Positions 1 through 10,092 of a DNA stretch of 64,000 bases are shown here, piece after piece. A program made the translations under genes and the position numbers. The notes beneath the pieces are model-generated. The model did not search any database. It was not told the origin of the DNA and saw only the letters and a program-made list of their open reading frames with translations. Numbering within the stretch: the stretch's first letter is position 1; each line of letters begins with the position of its first letter. This DNA comes from Bacillota bacterium (lineage in GTDB: Bacteria; Bacillota; Clostridia; TANB77; CAG-465), in contig JAEWRE010000083.1 in assembly GCA_023460235.1 (NCBI GenBank), positions 70,565 through 134,564 of the forward strand. Reading direction: 5' to 3'.

Positions 1-180
1 CTTCATCATGCATTATCTTATGACATGCTTCAACGCATTCATCACATATAAATATGCCATCTGGTCCTTCAATTAGTTTATTTACTTCTTGCCTTAGTCT
101 ACCACAAAAAGAACAGAATATCATATCATGTACAAATTTATCATATCTTTCTTTTTCTTCATCTTTGCCTTTTCTTGCCA
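1..180 (-). CDS. clpX: ATP-dependent Clp protease ATP-binding subunit ClpX, N-terminal fragment (gene continues beyond window start)
   Basis: Minus-strand translation from 180 reads MARKGKDEEKERYDKFVHDMIFCSFCGRLRQEVNKLIEGPDGIFICDECVEACHKIMHDE, a C4 zinc-finger ClpX N-domain. It lies directly downstream of clpP in the conserved tig-clpP-clpX order. Not in the ORF table because it is truncated by the window edge. Confidence 0.8.
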
Positions 181-184
181 TTAA

Positions 185-796
185 TTATTTCCCCTTAGTT
201 ATTTCATCTATATTAGACATTATTTCATCAACAAGTCCATATTCCTTTGCTTCTTGAGCAGTTAAAAAATTATCTCTATCTGTATCTTTTTCAACTTGTT
301 CTAAAGGTTTTCCAGTTCTTTCACTTAAAATTGTATTTAGTTTTTCTCTAGTCTTTATAATGTGTTCAGCATGTATTTTTATATCACTTGCTTGACCTTG
401 AGCACCACCTAATGGTTGATGTATCATTACAGTAGAATTAGGTAGAGCATATCTCTTTCCTTTTTTACCTGCTGTAAGTAGGAATGCTCCCATACTAGCA
501 GCCATTCCAACACAAATTGTACATACATCAGATTTAATATATTGCATTGTATCAAATATACCAAATCCAGCACTAACACTTCCACCTGGACTATTTATAT
601 ATAGGTATATATCTTTTCCTGGATCTTCAGCATCTAAGAAAAGAAGCTGCGCAATAACTAAAGATGCTGTAACATCGTTTACTTCATCAGAAAGAAATAT
701 AATTCTTTCTTTTAAAAGTCTTGAGTAAATGTCATAAGAGCGTTCACCTTTACTAGTTTGTTCTATTACCATTGGTACTAAACTATTATTTATCAT
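185..796 (-). CDS. clpP: ATP-dependent Clp protease proteolytic subunit
   Basis: 203 aa with canonical ClpP motifs ([27 protein letters not shown]). Follows tig. Confidence 0.95.
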   Translation of the reverse strand: MINNSLVPMVIEQTSKGERSYDIYSRLLKERIIFLSDEVNDVTASLVIAQLLFLDAEDPGKDIYLYINSPGGSVSAGFGIFDTMQYIKSDVCTICVGMAASMGAFLLTAGKKGKRYALPNSTVMIHQPLGGAQGQASDIKIHAEHIIKTREKLNTILSERTGKPLEQVEKDTDRDNFLTAQEAKEYGLVDEIMSNIDEITKGK

Positions 797-833
797 AAAA
801 ATAACCTCCTTTATATATAATAAAAATTATATA

Positions 834-2120
834 TTATTTTTCAATTGTATTTTCTACAACTGTATTTATTGCTTTTTCTTGAATTAAACTTTCTTTAACA
901 TATTTTCTTACATTAGGATTTGATTTAAAATCAGTTGTTGAACCGTCTTTTGCATAATTTGCATATAATTCATCTATTTTTGCATCAATTTCAGAATCAT
1001 CAGCAGTTATATTTTCTGCTTTTGCAACAAAATCAAGAGCAAGTTTTAATTTTATATCTTTTATAGCTTCAGGCTCTAATGTTTTTTGAAATTCATCCTT
1101 TGTTGCTCCAACATATTGGCAATACATATCAATTGACATACCTTGGTAAGCAAGATTTTGTGCCATTTGTTCTAACATTCTAGAAGTTTCTTCAACCACC
1201 ATAGATTCAGGTATTTCAACTTCAGTATTTTCAACTAATTTTTCTGTTGCTTTATGTTCTTTTTCGTGTTCTGCTTGATGTTCTCTTTCGTGTTTAACTT
1301 TTTCTTCAACACTTTTTTTGTATTCTGCTAAAGTTTCAAATTCTGAAACATCTTTTGCAAATTCATCATCCAATTCTGGTAAAACTTTTTCTTTAATGCT
1401 AATTAATTTTACTTTAAATATTGAATCTTTTCCTGCAAGATCTGCACTATGATATTCTTCTGGGAATTTAACACTAATTTCTTTTTCTTCTCCAATTTTC
1501 ATACCAACTAATTGTTCTTCAAAACCGGGAATAAATTGTCCACTTCCTATTGTAAGTTCAAAGTTTTCACCTTTACCGCCTTCGAAAGCAACTCCATCAA
1601 CAAATCCTTCAAAATCAATTGTTGATATATCTTTTTCTTTTAAATCTCTATCTTCAACTGAAACAATTCTTGCATTTTTTTCTCTATCTTGTTCAATAGC
1701 AGTATCAATATCTTCAGCTTTAACTGTAGTATCAATTTTTTCTATTTCAAGACCTTTATATTTTGAAACTTTTGCTTCTGGTTTTACATATACAGTAACT
1801 GTAAATACTAAATTTTTACCTTTACCAATTTCTTTTACATCAAGTTCTGGTTTAGAAACGACTTCTAAGTTGTTCTCTTCAACTGCTTTTCTAAATTCAT
1901 CGTCAACTACATCTTCTATAACTGATTCATATAAAACACCTTCGCCATATACTTTTTCAACAACATTTCTTGGCACTTTACCATTTCTAAATCCTTGTAC
2001 CTTAAAATATTTTGCGTTTTTTGCAAACGATTTATCCAAAGCTTTATCAAATTCTTTGCTTTCCATTGTAAATTCTAATACAACTTTAGAATTTTCTTGT
2101 TTTTCAATCTTTACATTCAT
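834..2120 (-). CDS. tig: trigger factor (ribosome-associated chaperone/PPIase)
   Basis: 428 aa. N-terminal ribosome-binding signature FRNGKVP, central FKBP-like domain, acidic C-terminus. Conserved position upstream of clpP. Confidence 0.9.
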   Translation of the reverse strand: MNVKIEKQENSKVVLEFTMESKEFDKALDKSFAKNAKYFKVQGFRNGKVPRNVVEKVYGEGVLYESVIEDVVDDEFRKAVEENNLEVVSKPELDVKEIGKGKNLVFTVTVYVKPEAKVSKYKGLEIEKIDTTVKAEDIDTAIEQDREKNARIVSVEDRDLKEKDISTIDFEGFVDGVAFEGGKGENFELTIGSGQFIPGFEEQLVGMKIGEEKEISVKFPEEYHSADLAGKDSIFKVKLISIKEKVLPELDDEFAKDVSEFETLAEYKKSVEEKVKHEREHQAEHEKEHKATEKLVENTEVEIPESMVVEETSRMLEQMAQNLAYQGMSIDMYCQYVGATKDEFQKTLEPEAIKDIKLKLALDFVAKAENITADDSEIDAKIDELYANYAKDGSTTDFKSNPNVRKYVKESLIQEKAINTVVENTIEK

Positions 2121-2166
2121 TTTTTAATCCTCCATTATAATATTATATTGTTCTTTTAACCATTAT

Positions 2167-2194
2167 ATTATATCATAAATATATAAATTTTCAA
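2167..2194 (-). promoter_or_regulatory. putative sigma-A promoter for tig (TTGAAA -16- TGaTATAAT on minus strand)
   Basis: Reverse complement of 2167-2194 gives TTGAAA, a 16-nt spacer and an extended -10 TGATATAAT, about 45 nt upstream of the tig RBS GGAGG. Confidence 0.35.
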
Positions 2195-2220
2195 CCGGTT
2201 TTATAAAAATATAATTTAAA

Positions 2221-2256
2221 AAGACATCAAACCGCTATAAGATTTGATATCTTTTC
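2221..2256. terminator. hairpin terminator downstream of the GH94 gene (likely bidirectional)
   Basis: agacatcaaa / tttgatatct stem (9/10 bp, the mismatch can pair as G-U on one strand) flanked by T/A runs on both sides. Confidence 0.45.
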
Positions 2257-2264
2257 TTAAAATT

Positions 2265-4313
2265 TTATTTATTTGTTAAATAATCTTCTATTATTTTATA
2301 CATCCAAGCAGATGATCCTGTATACCAAGTCCATCCACCACGACCAATATGATTAGGATTAGAATATATATCCGCTGCAACAACAAATGGCTCAACCATG
2401 TATATATCTGCGATTTCTTTATTATCGCTATGAGATATTGGATTTATCAGTTGTAATATATCAGTTCCCTTTTTATAATCTTCCATCTCAAAATATGCTT
2501 TTGCAAGCCATGTAGCTGCGTGAGTATATTGACCACCATTTTCCCTTGTTCCTGGAACATAAGCTTTAATATACCCTGGATTATTTTTAGGATTATCAAA
2601 GGCAGGATATAATAGTTTTACAATTTTATTCTTTTTATCAACTAAATATTTTTCTGCACTTTTTAAACTTCGCTCTAATTCATCATGAACATCTGGATAT
2701 TCTTTCATCGCTATAACTGCCCAAGCTTGTGATATTAAATCAATTTTACACTCTTTATTTTTATTAGATCCTAAAACTTCTCCATTTTCAAAAAATGCTC
2801 TAACAAAATGGTCACCATCCCAAGTATGATCAATTATACTATGTTTAAATATATGCCTTTGTTTCTCACATAATTTTATCATTTCTTCATCATTTTTTAT
2901 TTTAGCTACATTTGCAAATCTCTTTAAGACATCCATCATAAAAAATGTAAGCCAAACAGATTCACCTCTTATATTACTAAAACCATCATTCCAATCACCA
3001 TCACCTATTTCAAGTAATCCGTTAGTTGGATTTATTCTAGATAAACCATACATTATTGTCTTCTTAGCGTGGTCATAAATACTATCATCTTTTTCTATAT
3101 TTTTAAAAACATCATAATATTCTCTTCTACCATTCATTGGTTTATCTTCTAAATATTTAGTTCTAATATCAAGAATTGAATAGTCTTTTGTCTTTTCTAT
3201 ATATTCTGATAATACGTATGGAAGCCATAGATAATCATCACTAAAATATGTTCTTATACCAGCACTATTATGATCATGCCACCAATGAAGCACGTCACCT
3301 TTTTCAAATTGTTTACTTGAATGTAATATAATTTGACTTCTTGTTTTTTCAGGCATACCAGATATAAGAGCAAGTGTGTCTTGAAGTTGATCTCTAAATC
3401 CTATTGCACCACCAGATTGATAAAAACCTGATCTTGCATATAATCTACATACAACAGTTTGATAAAGCAGCCATCCATTTGCCATTATATCTAAATACTC
3501 AGTTCCAGTTTTAAAATTCCTCTTTACAATATTTTTCCAATATTCTTTTGTAATCTCAAATTCACTATCAACTACATCAATAGAATTATATTTATCTTTT
3601 ATATAACTTATATACTCTTCACCTTTATCTGTAGCTCCAAGTATAATTGCAAAAGAAATACTTTCTGATGGGCTAACCTTACCACTTATTTTCATTGTAT
3701 AAGTTTCTGTATCAAATTCATATTTGCAAGGATTATTACTGTCATTTACTAACATTAAAAAGGCAGTACAATCTGAAAATTCTAAGCTATAAGGATTTTT
3801 AAATTCTAGTATACCATTACTTACTCTATTAAGTATATAATTTGTATTTGTATCTTTAGCAACACCAAGTACTGGATCAAGAGTATATCCTATTTCAAAA
3901 CATCTTTCCTCATCATATTTATTTTCAATAGTTATTTTTTGAATTTTTATTGTATCTTCTTTTGGTACAAATATATCCATAGTCTTATTAAAGTTTTCAT
4001 CTTCTTCAATTAACTTAGCATAGCCAAATCCATATGTCAAATTGTAATTTTCTTCATATATACCGGTAAATTTTTCTCCTGGTTCAAAAGTAATCCAATC
4101 ATTGCACCAGTCAGTTAATTTATACTCTCTGCTATTTTTAAAATAGGTATATACGGTACCATAACTAGAAATTATAGTACCGAAGTTTTCATTTGCAATA
4201 ACATTACACCAAGGAAGAGGTGTTTTTGTATTTAAGATATGATATTCATCGCCATCTTGACTGAAACCACCATAAGTGTTAAATGCAATTAAATTATCAT
4301 TATTTATTTTCAT
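2265..4313 (-). CDS. GH94-family glycoside phosphorylase catalytic ((alpha/alpha)6-barrel) domain protein; C-terminal module of a split cyclic beta-1,2-glucan synthase-like enzyme
   Basis: Start set at the ATG at 4313 (MKINNDN...) 6 nt after GAGGAGG. The ORF table starts at TTG 4328. The start overlaps the stop of the upstream 1869-aa ORF by 14 nt (ATGA-type coupling). The protein carries GH94-barrel-like segments (ISGMPEKTRSQIILHSSKQFEKGDVLHWWHDH, GGWTWYTGSSAWMY). Confidence 0.65.
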   Translation of the reverse strand: MKINNDNLIAFNTYGGFSQDGDEYHILNTKTPLPWCNVIANENFGTIISSYGTVYTYFKNSREYKLTDWCNDWITFEPGEKFTGIYEENYNLTYGFGYAKLIEEDENFNKTMDIFVPKEDTIKIQKITIENKYDEERCFEIGYTLDPVLGVAKDTNTNYILNRVSNGILEFKNPYSLEFSDCTAFLMLVNDSNNPCKYEFDTETYTMKISGKVSPSESISFAIILGATDKGEEYISYIKDKYNSIDVVDSEFEITKEYWKNIVKRNFKTGTEYLDIMANGWLLYQTVVCRLYARSGFYQSGGAIGFRDQLQDTLALISGMPEKTRSQIILHSSKQFEKGDVLHWWHDHNSAGIRTYFSDDYLWLPYVLSEYIEKTKDYSILDIRTKYLEDKPMNGRREYYDVFKNIEKDDSIYDHAKKTIMYGLSRINPTNGLLEIGDGDWNDGFSNIRGESVWLTFFMMDVLKRFANVAKIKNDEEMIKLCEKQRHIFKHSIIDHTWDGDHFVRAFFENGEVLGSNKNKECKIDLISQAWAVIAMKEYPDVHDELERSLKSAEKYLVDKKNKIVKLLYPAFDNPKNNPGYIKAYVPGTRENGGQYTHAATWLAKAYFEMEDYKKGTDILQLINPISHSDNKEIADIYMVEPFVVAADIYSNPNHIGRGGWTWYTGSSAWMYKIIEDYLTNK

Positions 4314-7300
4314 CAACATCCTCCTCAATATATTCTTCTGAAAAATCCTCTTTATCTGATTTCACAACTTCAACATCATTACACAAGAATTCACTTATAT
4401 CTTGTATATACTTTCTAGATAAAAACGAAAGTAATTCTATTTCATTCTTATCTAATGAACTAATATTTAATAAATATATATTTCCTCTTGAATAATCCAT
4501 AAATACTGCTCTATCCAAACGTTCTTTTATATATCTATATATTGGTCCGTTTTTTATATCTTTTTCATCAATTAGTAAAATAATATCAATATCAAGTCTT
4601 CTATTTTTTACATAATCCATAAAGGCAATAGTTTCATTTACAATTCCAGCATTTTCAATTTTATTTACATAAACAAGTAATATAGGTAAATCTCCTGATA
4701 TAGAATATTTCCAAAGTAATGATTGATTTATATTTGAATTCCAGAATTTATCACTATCTTGAATATTTCTTTTAAATAATATTTCTTTTATTATATTATT
4801 ATATATATTGGCTCTACCAGGTTCAAGTTTTAAGTACCTTGAGACTACACTATTTAATTCTCTTGAAAGTTTAAATTGATTTTCAATTCCTCTAATATCT
4901 AAATTAATTACAGCAGTTGAAATTCTATATTTACTATCATCAACACCTGTTATACAATAGAATTCTTGTCTTTCATGAGGGTCTAAAATTATATTTGCTC
5001 TATATGAAAGAACTGGCCATAGTGGGTATTTTGAAACATCTGAACCATATGAATCTGTTGTTGTATTTATTAATTTATTTTTATCAGTTTCCATTTCTTT
5101 TTCTAAATCAATTCCAACTAATCTTGAATATACATAAAGATCAGCATCGTTTTCATTTTTTTTCCTTTTACTAGCAACTAATATATCAAGTTCATTATCA
5201 TAGTATGTTTCTATTTGTAAATTATTAAACGAAGGATGAACAATATTAGTCATATAATCTGTCATAGATGGTTCAATATATGTATTTATCAATATTTCTC
5301 TTTTTTCACAACTATTATTATATATACTAACTTTCTTTATTTCAGCGTTATATTCAGGTGATAGGAATACTGTAGTAGTAGTTTCAATATCTTCATCTTC
5401 AATATAATATTCTACCGCATTTAGCATTGAATTAAATACAGTCTTAGTAGTATTCTTATTGTTTAAAGAATATATATCTGAATTTGTAGCATTAACAGTT
5501 CTTCCTGTAGATTTATCAGTAATATATATATAGTTTCCTGTAGTAGAAAGATCTGTAAATCTTTGTTTGTTTACTATTTTATCTTTAAATCTTAAGAAGT
5601 TAGCTCCATTATTTGTAATGATTGAAGAAAGTTCAGCACCCTTTAACATTGCAATATTTAACTCACCATTAAATTCAACAACTTCATCTTCATTTTTTCT
5701 TTCAAATATACTTGAATTAATAAATGTTGTATATTTTTCAATATTTTTTGGTTTAAATTTAGTGTATTGATCATCATTATTTTTTTGAACTTTTTCAATA
5801 TTCTTTTCTCTTTCCTTAAGTAGTAATTCTACAGCTTTTATATCTGGATTTGAATGAAATCTTTCTTTAATAACGCCATTGTTTATATAGTTATTTATAG
5901 AAGATAAAATCATTCCTTGATGATGTGCCATATATGTTTTTACTACTTCATATTTCGTATTATTATCAATATGTTGTTTTGTAAAGTCTATTGATTCATA
6001 AAAACCATATGAAGAATATGCTCCAATTTTTTTCAACCTTTTAATGTTTGCATATACTTCTTGAGGTGCAAAATCTATCATTAATAAAGAGGAGTATGGA
6101 GATACAACCATATAATTGTTAAGTCCTCTCTTAAGTCCAAGCCATGGTATTCCAAATTCTCTATATTGATAATTAAGTTCATTATCTTTAACAGCAAATG
6201 CTGATTCTGATATTCCCCATGGCACATTGTTTCTTTTTGCATATTTTATTTGGCTATATTTAGTAAAAAATAAAGATTGGTCAATTAAAGTGTGTGGGTA
6301 TGATTTGTTGAATATATTTGGCATAAAGTATTCAAAAGCGGTACCACTCCAAGATATAAGTCCTTTATATCCATCAACTTTTATTAAGTTTCTAGATAGT
6401 GCAAACCAATGTTTGGAAGTTATTTGTCTTGTAGCAATTGCAACTAAACTAGTAATTCTACTTTCAGACATTAACATATCATAATAACTATCTAGCAATT
6501 TTCCACTTTCCTGATCATAACCAATTGAAAATAGGTTTCTTGTTGTATCATATAATACTTTAAAGTTTGTTTCAGTTAGTATTTTATCTATTGAATCTAA
6601 TAATGTATCTATTTTAGGATCATATTCAGTTTGTTCCCTTTGACTGTATATACTAGTATCTTTTAACGATAATAGGAATTCTTTTGCAACAAGTAAACAA
6701 GCAATAAAATTACCGCTATCAACTGTTGAAACAAATCTAGGCCTTAATGGTTCTAATGTTTTTATATTGTACCAATTATATAAATGACCATTCCATTTTT
6801 CAAGTTTTTCTATTGTATTAAAAATATTAAGTAATTTATTTAAAGCTTCCTCTTCATTTATAAATTTCAGATCATAAGCACAAATTATTGATTGTACTCC
6901 AAATCCAATATTAGTTGAAGATGTTCTATTTGCAAGTTTATATCTTCTATTTTCTTGAAAATTATCAGTAGGTAAGTAATTATTAATTGGGCTCATTACA
7001 GTATCAAAAAATGTCCATGTTCTTTTTGCAACTTCAATAATTTCTTCATCTTGCTCTTTTTCAAGTATGGCTGTTCTTCCAAGTAAATGATCTTTTCCAA
7101 GTAAATATGCAACAAGAGGTGCAATTATAAAGAAAAGCCCTATAAAATCTTTAAATTCAATATATGCTTTCATATTAACAAATGTAAAATCGCTAGGAAT
7201 ACAAATTATCAATAATCCAAAGATGAGATTTGAAATCATATTTTTATAATAATATATAATGCTGTCTTTTGTCTTTTTTTCTAAGACTTCAGCTGTTGTC

Positions 7301-9909
7301 CATTGTAATAGATGTTTTTTAGTAATTAACATTCTATATAAAGAAATAGTAAATGCAGAAACACATACGCAGAACTTATACGGCATTGTTATAAAGTTAA
7401 AACACATAGTTAAAAGTTCCGCTTGAACTCCATGAATTATAGGTATATACTGCAATTCTTTAGTATGTCGAACTCTTCCAAATAAAAGAGTATCAAGTAT
7501 TGATATTATACTTCCAAAGTTTATAGCTAAAAAAGTCACAATAATTGCTGCAAAGAAACATTTAGCTGATATAAATAACGATAACACTATTGCAAGCATA
7601 GCAAATACATCAAGTGTAGGTCTCCTTAAATTATCAAAGATCTTCCATTTTGATAATAAATTTAATTTTGATCTAGGACTAATTAGCCATCTAATTATTT
7701 GTACGTCTCCTCTATACCACCTATGATTTCTTTTCATATATGCAATGTAGCTACTTGGGAAACCATCTTGTAATTCTATATCACTAGCAAGGCCTGCTCT
7801 AATAATAGAGCCTTCAAGTAAATCATGGCTTAATACTAAATTCTCCGGTATTTGTTTTGAAACAAGATCTTCAAATAATTTTATATCATATATTCCTTTA
7901 CCACAAAATATTGCTTCGCCAAAAATATCTTGATAAACATCAGAAACAGCTGTAGTATAGATATCTATTCCACCAAATCCGCCAAATATTTTTGAAAATA
8001 TAGATTTATTAGCCGCTTCTATATCAAGACCAACAGATGGCTGAATTAATCCATATCCTTTAACAACAATTCCCTTTTTCTCATCAACTATAGGTTGATT
8101 TAGAGGATGTGAAATTATTGATACAAGATCTTTTGCAGTGTTAAGTGATAACTGAGTGTCTTCGTCAATAGTTATAGCATATTTAGCATTAACCACATCT
8201 TTATAAATAATTGTCGCAATTTTATCTATCTCTTCTTCTTTTATTTCACCAAGAACTATCCTATTAAATTGTAAAAGAGCTCCTCTTTTTCTTTCCCAGC
8301 CCATATAACAATTTTCACTTTTTGAATAAACACGTTTTCTATACATAAAGTTAAATAATATATGATCGGCTTCATATTTACTATTTAGTTCATCAAGTTT
8401 TTCTTTTGCATAGCTTAATATTTTATTATCAATGTCCAAAAATTGTTTATCACTAGATATACAATCACCAAGTAACATATAATACATGTTTTCTGTTCTA
8501 TTTGCAAGATAAGTTACTTCCATCTTTTTTATCATTACATCAAGCTTTTCTATTGAAGTAATCATAGTAGGTATTACTACGTATGTAGGATACTTAGCAT
8601 CTATTGTTTTAGCAAAATCAAATCGTGGAAGAATTTCTGGAATCATGAATTTTCTTATTGCATAATTTATAATCTTTCCAAAAACTTCTACATAAAATAC
8701 GAACAAGAAAATCATTGATAATACTATCTGCCAAATTTCAGTAAACAATGTTGTATATGCAGTAGTTATTACCGTAAATTCCAATGCTAAGATTAAAATT
8801 GATACTATATATATTTGAGGTTTTATTTTATTAATTACTTTATTTTCAAATAAATTAAGCATGTAAGGTTTTCCAAGTTCCTTTTTTAAAAGGTATCTCA
8901 TTTCACCTATCAAGAAAAAACCTATATGCATTTTATATTTTTTAGAACAATCAACTGCTTTTCTTGCAACATATACTTCAGAAAAGTTATATTTTTTAGC
9001 AAGTTTAATTATATAATTTCTATATCTATTTTTAGTTTTATAATCACATTTTCTAAATTCATCTGTATAGTCATCTCTTAAGGCTTCATCAACCTTATTT
9101 ACTTTTTCAAAAATTTCTCTAAAGTTTATTCCTTGTAACTGTTTATATGAAAGTATTGCTTTACCTATATAGTCTGTTGTCTTAGCAACTTCCATATGTT
9201 CTTTTACTATAGCTTCATCAATTGTAAAGCCTATTTTCTCTGCTTCTTTTGATAGTATACTAAAGTATTTCTCACCTTTTACTCCTAGTTCTTTTAATCT
9301 ATATGCCATATATTCTACAAAAGCTGTATTTGTGCTTTTGATTTTAGTTGTATCAAGCATATATTCTCTAAAATCTCGAAAATTTTTAAGTTCTTTATAT
9401 AATTCTTTTATAATGTTCTCATCTTCATATTCACCTAAAATTATATTTTCGACTTGAATCTTTTTTAATTGAGAATTTGTTGTATTCATAGCAATTCTTG
9501 CGATGAATTTAAGAAGAGCAATTTTTAGCATAATCATAAACAAATTTAACTCTTCAGAAGTGAGATATGATAATTTTTGATGCTCTTTTAAGCATTCATA
9601 TATATTATTTTGATCAACATAACCAGAATAATTTTCAACTAATTCATATGCTAAATAAAATATACTTATATATTTTTTTCCATCATATGTCTTAACTATT
9701 GGTAGTTTTTTATTTTTTAAATTAACTTCAGAATATTTAATTTCTTGATAAGCTTCTTGAATAATATACATATTATCAAGTAGCCATTGACCTGCTGAAT
9801 GTATTTGAATTTTTAAATCAGTACTTTTTTCTAATATCTTATATGTATCATATATGATATCATAATTTGCTCTAGCTTCCTTAAAAATCCCATGTAGTGT
9901 ATTTTTCAT
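4300..9909 (-). CDS. cyclic beta-1,2-glucan synthase-like membrane glycosyltransferase (GT84-type domain between TM segments) with GH94 N-terminal beta-sandwich region
   Basis: 1869 aa. TM pair near residue 370-420, then a GT-A domain with DxD (ITIDEDTQ) and QxxRW-like (KRNHRWYRGDVQI) motifs, 4-6 further TM helices, then a roughly 900-aa soluble C-terminal region. This topology matches Cgs/NdvB. Confidence 0.65.
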   Translation of the reverse strand: MKNTLHGIFKEARANYDIIYDTYKILEKSTDLKIQIHSAGQWLLDNMYIIQEAYQEIKYSEVNLKNKKLPIVKTYDGKKYISIFYLAYELVENYSGYVDQNNIYECLKEHQKLSYLTSEELNLFMIMLKIALLKFIARIAMNTTNSQLKKIQVENIILGEYEDENIIKELYKELKNFRDFREYMLDTTKIKSTNTAFVEYMAYRLKELGVKGEKYFSILSKEAEKIGFTIDEAIVKEHMEVAKTTDYIGKAILSYKQLQGINFREIFEKVNKVDEALRDDYTDEFRKCDYKTKNRYRNYIIKLAKKYNFSEVYVARKAVDCSKKYKMHIGFFLIGEMRYLLKKELGKPYMLNLFENKVINKIKPQIYIVSILILALEFTVITTAYTTLFTEIWQIVLSMIFLFVFYVEVFGKIINYAIRKFMIPEILPRFDFAKTIDAKYPTYVVIPTMITSIEKLDVMIKKMEVTYLANRTENMYYMLLGDCISSDKQFLDIDNKILSYAKEKLDELNSKYEADHILFNFMYRKRVYSKSENCYMGWERKRGALLQFNRIVLGEIKEEEIDKIATIIYKDVVNAKYAITIDEDTQLSLNTAKDLVSIISHPLNQPIVDEKKGIVVKGYGLIQPSVGLDIEAANKSIFSKIFGGFGGIDIYTTAVSDVYQDIFGEAIFCGKGIYDIKLFEDLVSKQIPENLVLSHDLLEGSIIRAGLASDIELQDGFPSSYIAYMKRNHRWYRGDVQIIRWLISPRSKLNLLSKWKIFDNLRRPTLDVFAMLAIVLSLFISAKCFFAAIIVTFLAINFGSIISILDTLLFGRVRHTKELQYIPIIHGVQAELLTMCFNFITMPYKFCVCVSAFTISLYRMLITKKHLLQWTTAEVLEKKTKDSIIYYYKNMISNLIFGLLIICIPSDFTFVNMKAYIEFKDFIGLFFIIAPLVAYLLGKDHLLGRTAILEKEQDEEIIEVAKRTWTFFDTVMSPINNYLPTDNFQENRRYKLANRTSSTNIGFGVQSIICAYDLKFINEEEALNKLLNIFNTIEKLEKWNGHLYNWYNIKTLEPLRPRFVSTVDSGNFIACLLVAKEFLLSLKDTSIYSQREQTEYDPKIDTLLDSIDKILTETNFKVLYDTTRNLFSIGYDQESGKLLDSYYDMLMSESRITSLVAIATRQITSKHWFALSRNLIKVDGYKGLISWSGTAFEYFMPNIFNKSYPHTLIDQSLFFTKYSQIKYAKRNNVPWGISESAFAVKDNELNYQYREFGIPWLGLKRGLNNYMVVSPYSSLLMIDFAPQEVYANIKRLKKIGAYSSYGFYESIDFTKQHIDNNTKYEVVKTYMAHHQGMILSSINNYINNGVIKERFHSNPDIKAVELLLKEREKNIEKVQKNNDDQYTKFKPKNIEKYTTFINSSIFERKNEDEVVEFNGELNIAMLKGAELSSIITNNGANFLRFKDKIVNKQRFTDLSTTGNYIYITDKSTGRTVNATNSDIYSLNNKNTTKTVFNSMLNAVEYYIEDEDIETTTTVFLSPEYNAEIKKVSIYNNSCEKREILINTYIEPSMTDYMTNIVHPSFNNLQIETYYDNELDILVASKRKKNENDADLYVYSRLVGIDLEKEMETDKNKLINTTTDSYGSDVSKYPLWPVLSYRANIILDPHERQEFYCITGVDDSKYRISTAVINLDIRGIENQFKLSRELNSVVSRYLKLEPGRANIYNNIIKEILFKRNIQDSDKFWNSNINQSLLWKYSISGDLPILLVYVNKIENAGIVNETIAFMDYVKNRRLDIDIILLIDEKDIKNGPIYRYIKERLDRAVFMDYSRGNIYLLNISSLDKNEIELLSFLSRKYIQDISEFLCNDVEVVKSDKEDFSEEYIEEDVDENK

Positions 9910-10092
9910 ATTAACTCAAACCCCTCCAATTATTATTATCATTTATTTTTAAATTATATAATAAAGAAAAAAAAATTGCAACAAAAATGAGAATATAAAG
10001 TTATTTTTTGATTTTATATGATGTAATATGTCAAAAAAGATAGATACACCATATTACATAGTATATCCATCTTCAATTATTAATATTTACAT

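Noticed and set aside
4300-4328. Frameshifted pseudogene as the explanation for the Cgs-like split
   Set aside because: The downstream ORF has its own well-spaced GAGGAGG RBS and an ATG overlapping the upstream stop (ATGA-style coupling). This favours two genuine cistrons. A sequencing indel cannot be excluded without reads.
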